Virus record (IMG/VR): IMGVR_UViG_2695420632_000003
Coordinates: 1-20,169 of that record
DNA from: a virus
Lineage: Duplodnaviria > Heunggongvirae > Uroviricota > Caudoviricetes
Reading direction: 5' to 3' (one strand)
Length of the DNA: 20,169 nucleotides
The notes under the pieces are model-generated. The model saw only the letters and a list, made by a program, of their open reading frames with translations, ran no database searches and had not been told where the DNA came from. A program made the position numbers and the translations under genes. Each line of letters starts with the position of its first letter. Position 1 is the first letter of the stretch. Shown here piece after piece: positions 15,865-20,169 of the stretch.

Positions 15865-16179
15865 TTATCTGTTGCTGGATAATCGACTGAAGATGCGTTC
15901 TTTTTGTGTTTTTGCGTAATGATTGTCCCACTCACAATCAAGGTAGCTTAATTCTTCATTCAACCAGTTATTTATATTGGTCTTAATACGCATAAGCATG
16001 GGCTGTGTTAATGCTCTGGCGATAATGCCGAGAGTCACAGGTGTGAGATGTCCATACGGCTCAGCCTGAATGGATTTTACTGCATCGTGTTCTTGTGGGA
16101 GGAGTAAGAGGCACTCTGATTTTACCCGCTCATTTATGGCTTGCAGGCATAAATCATAATTATGTTGATCGTTATGCAT
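15865..16179 (-). CDS. Uncharacterized 104-aa protein, convergent with the 268-aa ORF
   Basis: GAGGA SD 6 nt upstream of ATG 16179 on the minus strand; its stop lies 10 nt from the stop of 15049-15855. Confidence 0.45.
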   Translation of the reverse strand: MHNDQHNYDLCLQAINERVKSECLLLLPQEHDAVKSIQAEPYGHLTPVTLGIIARALTQPMLMRIKTNINNWLNEELSYLDCEWDNHYAKTQKERIFSRLSSNR

Positions 16180-16307
16180 GGTTAATCCTCTACTGAAATT
16201 GTCAGATATATTTCAGCCATCAGGAAAAACGCCAGTGTCCTACCGCTGGCGGGCTGAAGATTTAACATATCCAGGGATTCGGAACCGATAAATCCTGATA
16301 AATATCC

Positions 16308-16745
16308 ATGAACACCAAAATCAAATATGGCCTGTCGGCTGCCGTTCTGGCGTTGATTGCCATCGGTGCGCCTGCGCCTGATATTCTCGACCAGTTTCTG
16401 GATGAAAAAGAAGGTAACCACACAACGGCATACCGTGATGGTGCGGGTATCTGGACCATCTGCCGCGGTGCCACAATGGTGGATGGTAAACCTGTTATTC
16501 CGGGCATGAAACTGTCGAAGGAAAAATGCGACCAGGTTAATGCCATTGAACGGGATAAGGCGCTGGCATGGGTGGAGCGCAATATTAAAGTTCCACTGAC
16601 CGAACCACAGAAAGCGGGTATAGCGTCATTCTGTCCCTATAACATTGGCCCCGGTAAGTGTTTCCCGTCGACGTTTTATAAGCGGCTGAATGCTGGTGAC
16701 CGCAGGGGAGCGTGTGAGGCGATTCGCTGGTGGATTAAGGACGGT
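16308..16745 (+). pseudogene. R: SAR endolysin R (R21-like lysozyme), N-terminal fragment interrupted by an IS21-family element
   Basis: N-terminal weakly hydrophobic Gly/Ala-rich SAR domain (GLSAAVLALIAIGAPA) and E-x8-D-x5-T catalytic triad (EGNHTTAYRDGAGIWT); reading frame broken after ...WWIKDG by the IS left end. Confidence 0.8.
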
Positions 16746-16938
16746 TGCGTATTTTCATGAAAGGAGATCACTCAATAACTTCCATCGAGATCGGGTAATA
16801 ACATTTGAACAGATCGCTGAATAACATCGATGGAGATCACTTTTGACTCATTTTGTTATTCAGTGATCTCCATCAATGTTATTGGAACTTCACAGGTGTG
16901 TTGATCTGTATCTTTTGCCATTCCGGTAAAGGATACCT

Positions 16939-18480
16939 ATGCCAACAGTTCCAATTTCTATGAGAAAACTTAAAGAAATTCTTAGGCTTAAATACGGTGT
17001 TGGACTCAGCCATCGACAAATTGGTCGTAGTCTTGCAATCTCCCCTTCCGTTGTATCCAGATATGCTAATCGGGCGGCTCAACTTGGCATAAAGCAGTGG
17101 CCCTTACCTACAGGATGGGATGATACAAAACTAAAACATGCGTTCCTTCAGACCCAGGTTAAGATGAAGAAGCACTCTCTGCCTGACTGGGCTACAGTAC
17201 ACCGGGAACTGCGTAATAAATGCGTGACGCTGCAGCTACTCTGGGAAGAATACTGTGAGCGTAATCCAGGCGGTTTTTACAGCTATAACCATTACTGCCG
17301 GATGTACCGTGAATGGCTCAAAACCACTTCACCATCAATGCGTCAGGTACATAAAGCTGGCGAAAAACTTTTCGTTGATTACTGTGGACCTACCGTTGGC
17401 GTTACCGACCCTGAGACCGGAGAAATAAGAACTGCTCAGGTCATCGTAGCTGTTCTCGGGGCATCAAGTTACACATGGGCAGAGGCCACCTGGTCTCAGC
17501 AGCTTGAAGACTGGGTGATGAGTCATGTTCGCTGCTTCCAGTGGTTGGGTGGCGTTCCTGAACTTGTTGTTCCGGACAATCTGAAAAGCGCCACATCCAG
17601 GGCATGTAAGTATGATCCTGACGTTAACCCTACCTACCAGCAGATGCTTGAGCATTATAATGTCGCAGTTTTGCCTGCGCGGCCACGTAAACCGAAAGAT
17701 AAAGCCAAAGCTGAAGTTGGCGTTCAGGTTGTTGAACGCTGGATCATGGCCCGAATCAGGCATGAGATCTTCTACAGCCTTGCATCGCTTAATCAGCGCA
17801 TTCGGGAGTTGCTGGAAAGACTGAATAACAAAATAATGCAGAAGTTGGGTTATTCACGTGCAGAACTCTTCATCCAGCTTGATAAACCCGCACTGAAGCC
17901 TCTTCCTGAAGCCAGTTACAGTTACACCCTGGTGAAGAAAGTCAGAGTTCATGCCGATTACCACGTGGAAATCGACAAACATTACTACTCGGTTCCATGT
18001 TCGCTGTTAGGCCAGCAACTGGAAGCATGGATCTCCGGAGAACTGGTAAGACTCTTCAATCAGGGGCAGGAGGTTGCTGTGCACCCGCGCAAGCGTACTT
18101 ATGGCTACAGTACCCGCAACGAGCACATGCCTGAAGCTCATCGACAGCATGCCACCTGGACGCCAGAGCGTCTTCTGGAATGGGCGGGGCACATAGGCAG
18201 TGAAACTCATAGTTATGTGCTTCATATACTGAACTCTCGTCCACATCCGGAACAAAGCTATCGCTTCTGCCTTGGACTCCTGAACCTTCATAAAAAATAC
18301 AGTAAAGCCAGACTTAATGCAGCATGTGCAAGAGCTCTGAAAACAAAGGTATGGCGTCTGTCAGGTATTAAATCGATCCTGGAAAAAGGTCTGGATAAAC
18401 AACCTGTTCAGGATCCAAAACCAGATCTGTTATCCACGATGGAACACGAAAACGTACGCGGCAGTGAGTATTACCACTGA
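16939..18480 (+). CDS. istA: IS21-family transposase IstA
   Basis: 513 aa with N-terminal HTH (LSHRQIGRSLAISPSVVSRY); followed 11 nt later by the IstB ATPase gene; AAAGGA SD. Confidence 0.85.
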   Translation: MPTVPISMRKLKEILRLKYGVGLSHRQIGRSLAISPSVVSRYANRAAQLGIKQWPLPTGWDDTKLKHAFLQTQVKMKKHSLPDWATVHRELRNKCVTLQLLWEEYCERNPGGFYSYNHYCRMYREWLKTTSPSMRQVHKAGEKLFVDYCGPTVGVTDPETGEIRTAQVIVAVLGASSYTWAEATWSQQLEDWVMSHVRCFQWLGGVPELVVPDNLKSATSRACKYDPDVNPTYQQMLEHYNVAVLPARPRKPKDKAKAEVGVQVVERWIMARIRHEIFYSLASLNQRIRELLERLNNKIMQKLGYSRAELFIQLDKPALKPLPEASYSYTLVKKVRVHADYHVEIDKHYYSVPCSLLGQQLEAWISGELVRLFNQGQEVAVHPRKRTYGYSTRNEHMPEAHRQHATWTPERLLEWAGHIGSETHSYVLHILNSRPHPEQSYRFCLGLLNLHKKYSKARLNAACARALKTKVWRLSGIKSILEKGLDKQPVQDPKPDLLSTMEHENVRGSEYYH

Positions 18481-18491
18481 TACGGGATCCA

Positions 18492-19241
18492 ATGATGAAT
18501 CATCTTTACGAACAACTGACCGCACTTAAACTCACCGGCTTCCGTGATGCGCTTAAAAAGCAACTTGCTCAGCCGGGCACATACCAGGAGCTGGGCTTCG
18601 AAGAACGCCTGTCATTACTGACAGCAGAAGAACTAACCTGCCGTGAAAACAGGAAGGCAGAGCGTCTGATCAAACATGCACGGTTCAGACTTAATGCTGA
18701 GTTATCAAAGCTGGATTATCGTAACAATAGAGGGCTGGACAGGGCCCTCATCCGTTCACTCAGTCAGGGAAACTGGTTAACCCTGAAACAAAATATTTTA
18801 CTGACCGGGGCCACCGGCAGCGGTAAAACGTTCCTGGCATGTGCACTTGGTCATAATGCCTGCCGACAGGGATACAAGGTCTACTATTATCGCCTTAAAG
18901 CGCTGATGGAACAGTGCTATCAGGGGCATGCTGATGGAAGATACAGCAAACTTTTGACCAGGCTGAATAATAGCGATCTGCTGCTTCTGGATGACTGGGG
19001 GCTGGAACCTCTCTCATCAGAACAGCGTAGCGACCTGCTGGAAATAGTGGATCTGATGTACCAACGAGGCTCAATCATCGTAGTGAGCCAGTTGCCGGTG
19101 GAAAACTGGTACAAAATGATCGGAGACTCCACACATGCGGATGCCATCCTAGATCGACTGGTTCATGGCAGTATCAAGATCGAACTTAAAGGAGAATCAA
19201 TGCGGAAAATACAATCTCCGTTGACCGAAGGAGATCAGTGA
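18492..19241 (+). CDS. istB: IS21-family helper ATPase IstB
   Basis: Walker A GATGSGKTFLA and Walker B LLLLDDWG; ~250 aa, typical IstB. Confidence 0.85.
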   Translation: MMNHLYEQLTALKLTGFRDALKKQLAQPGTYQELGFEERLSLLTAEELTCRENRKAERLIKHARFRLNAELSKLDYRNNRGLDRALIRSLSQGNWLTLKQNILLTGATGSGKTFLACALGHNACRQGYKVYYYRLKALMEQCYQGHADGRYSKLLTRLNNSDLLLLDDWGLEPLSSEQRSDLLEIVDLMYQRGSIIVVSQLPVENWYKMIGDSTHADAILDRLVHGSIKIELKGESMRKIQSPLTEGDQ

Positions 19242-19326
19242 AGGTAATTTAAAAACGGTTCTGTGAAAGTGACACGAACCGATCTCCATCGATGTTACTC
19301 ACCGATCTCCTTCACGGTAATACGCA

Positions 19327-19427
19327 ACGGTGGCAGGGACTGCCGTATTCGCTCAAATAACTGTTACGGTCAGGTATCCCGTCGTGACCAGGAGAGCGCG
19401 CTGGCGTGCTGGGGAATCGACAGATAA
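19327..19427 (+). pseudogene. R: SAR endolysin R, C-terminal fragment downstream of the IS
   Basis: Removing the IS plus one TSD copy restores ...IKDG-GRDCRIRSNNCYGQVSRRDQESALACWGIDR-stop in frame. Confidence 0.75.
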
Positions 19428-19521
19428 GCAGAATATTTTGCTAATAAATGACGTTGGCCAAGGCGGACGGATAACACGAAATCCTGCGAACTGGCAAAAT
19501 GTAAGTGAATAAAAGTAAAAA

Positions 19522-19556
19522 CCCCGTTTGTTGGCAGCAAGCGGGGTTTTGTTTTT
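19522..19556 (+). terminator. Intrinsic terminator downstream of the endolysin
   Basis: Stem CCCCGTTTG / CAAGCGGGG (one G-U pair), loop TTGGCAG, followed by TTTTGTTTTT. Confidence 0.55.
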
Positions 19557-19719
19557 ATGGCAGTAAGCTATGGGAGGCTGCCTTGATTGATTTTAGCAAA
19601 CTGATTAGGGAGTTGCGACTCATGATTAGTCAATTACCAAACTGGAAATTTTTGCTGGTCTGGAGCATCCCTTTTTTATGGGTAGTATCCCAGTTAATTG
19701 TGGCAATTAAGGGGTAGCT

Positions 19720-19851
19720 ATGTCAGACAAACTCATAACGCCGGCAAAGGTCCTGTGTGTGATTGTCGGTATTTCATTTTCACTAATGCTGGTTGCTCTT
19801 TTTCTGTCCCTCGCCTGGGTGATGTTGTCTTCGTCGGGGCTGCTGGGGTGA
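19720..19851 (+). CDS. Small membrane peptide (43 aa)
   Basis: AAGGGG SD 6 nt upstream of ATG; translation MSDKLITPAKVLCVIVGISFSLMLVALFLSLAWVMLSSSGLLG (one TM segment). Confidence 0.4.
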   Translation: MSDKLITPAKVLCVIVGISFSLMLVALFLSLAWVMLSSSGLLG

Positions 19852-19970
19852 CAGTGACTGATGACATCAGCAGAGCGCTGGCTTTTGCTATTAAGTGGGT
19901 GGCTGTTGGTATTGCTGTGTCTCCGATGCTGTATGGGCTGGCAAAACTGGTCATTGCGCTGAAATCGTGA
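19848..19970 (+). CDS. Small membrane peptide (~40 aa), paralogous to the following ORF
   Basis: GTG start overlapping the preceding stop (GTGA); ...DDISRALAFAIKWVAVGIAVSPMLYGLAKLVIALKS resembles ORF 19982-20068. Confidence 0.35.
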   Translation: MTVTDDISRALAFAIKWVAVGIAVSPMLYGLAKLVIALKS

Positions 19971-19981
19971 ACTTTAAAAAG

Positions 19982-20068
19982 ATGAGTGCTGAACTTATTC
20001 GGGCAATGGCATTTGCCATTCGTATTGTGGCCATTGCTGTTCTGGTCTGGGCAATCCGTTGGTGGTGA
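19982..20068 (+). CDS. Small membrane peptide (28 aa)
   Basis: MSAELIRAMAFAIRIVAIAVLVWAIRWW; stop 1 nt before the Rz start; weak SD. Confidence 0.3.
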   Translation: MSAELIRAMAFAIRIVAIAVLVWAIRWW

Positions 20069-20069
20069 T

Positions 20070-20169
20070 ATGAACCGTGTTCTGTGTGTGGTGATTATTG
20101 TCCTGCTGGTAGCCTGTGGTGTGCTTAGTCTGGGGCTGAATCATTACCGTGATAACGCCATAACCTACA
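20070..20169 (+). CDS. Rz: Rz i-spanin, 5' part (continues beyond the window)
   Basis: MNRVLCVVIIVLLVACGVLSLGLNHYRDNAITY... closely parallels the lambda Rz N-terminus (TM segment then NHYRDNAITY) as I recall it. Confidence 0.8.
   Translation, partial: MNRVLCVVIIVLLVACGVLSLGLNHYRDNAITY

Larger units (their letters stand above)
16746..19326. mobile_element. IS21-family insertion sequence (2581 bp) with imperfect terminal inverted repeats and 5-bp target site duplication ACGGT
   Basis: Left end TGCGTATTTTCATGAAAGGAGATC, right end (reverse complement) TGCGTATTACCGTGAAGGAGATC; multiple GAGATC-containing subterminal repeats; ACGGT at 16741-16745 and 19327-19331; carries istA and istB. Confidence 0.85.

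Noticed and set aside
1-20169. CRISPR arrays, integrase/attachment sites, structural (head/tail) genes
   Set aside because: No spaced direct-repeat arrays or integrase-like ORFs seen; the window ends at Rz, before the packaging and morphogenesis genes and away from the prophage ends.

Overview
This 20.2 kb window is one contiguous piece of a lambdoid prophage (phage 21 / Stx-phage-like architecture, Escherichia/Shigella-type sequence), with almost every gene on the + strand in early-to-late order. Nothing here was searched against a database; all calls rest on reading the ORF translations, motifs and DNA structure directly. Order of content: (1) replication module, an O-like initiator with 15-bp ori iterons inside its own gene plus a DnaC-like AAA+ helicase loader; (2) a nin-like block of about twelve small, translationally coupled genes, including a DUF551-type protein; (3) a Hok/Gef type I toxin with its terminator; (4) DUF968/HNH-like protein, RusA resolvase and a Q-like antiterminator, followed by a candidate late promoter PR' and terminator tR'; (5) an orphan beta-class DNA methyltransferase and three tRNAs (Ile2-CAT, Arg-TCG, Arg-TCT); (6) an AT-rich ~1.5 kb cargo segment in the slot where Stx phages carry stxAB, holding two unrecognised ORFs, a structured GC-rich leader and a strong terminator; (7) a NanS-p-like sialate O-acetylesterase; (8) the lysis cassette: S21-like pinholin, a two-gene insert of unknown function, a SAR endolysin split by an IS21-family element (istA/istB, 5-bp target duplication ACGGT), three tandem small membrane-peptide ORFs, and the start of Rz. 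The best candidates for undescribed biology are the stx-slot cargo, the insert between holin and endolysin, and the peptide cluster between endolysin and Rz.
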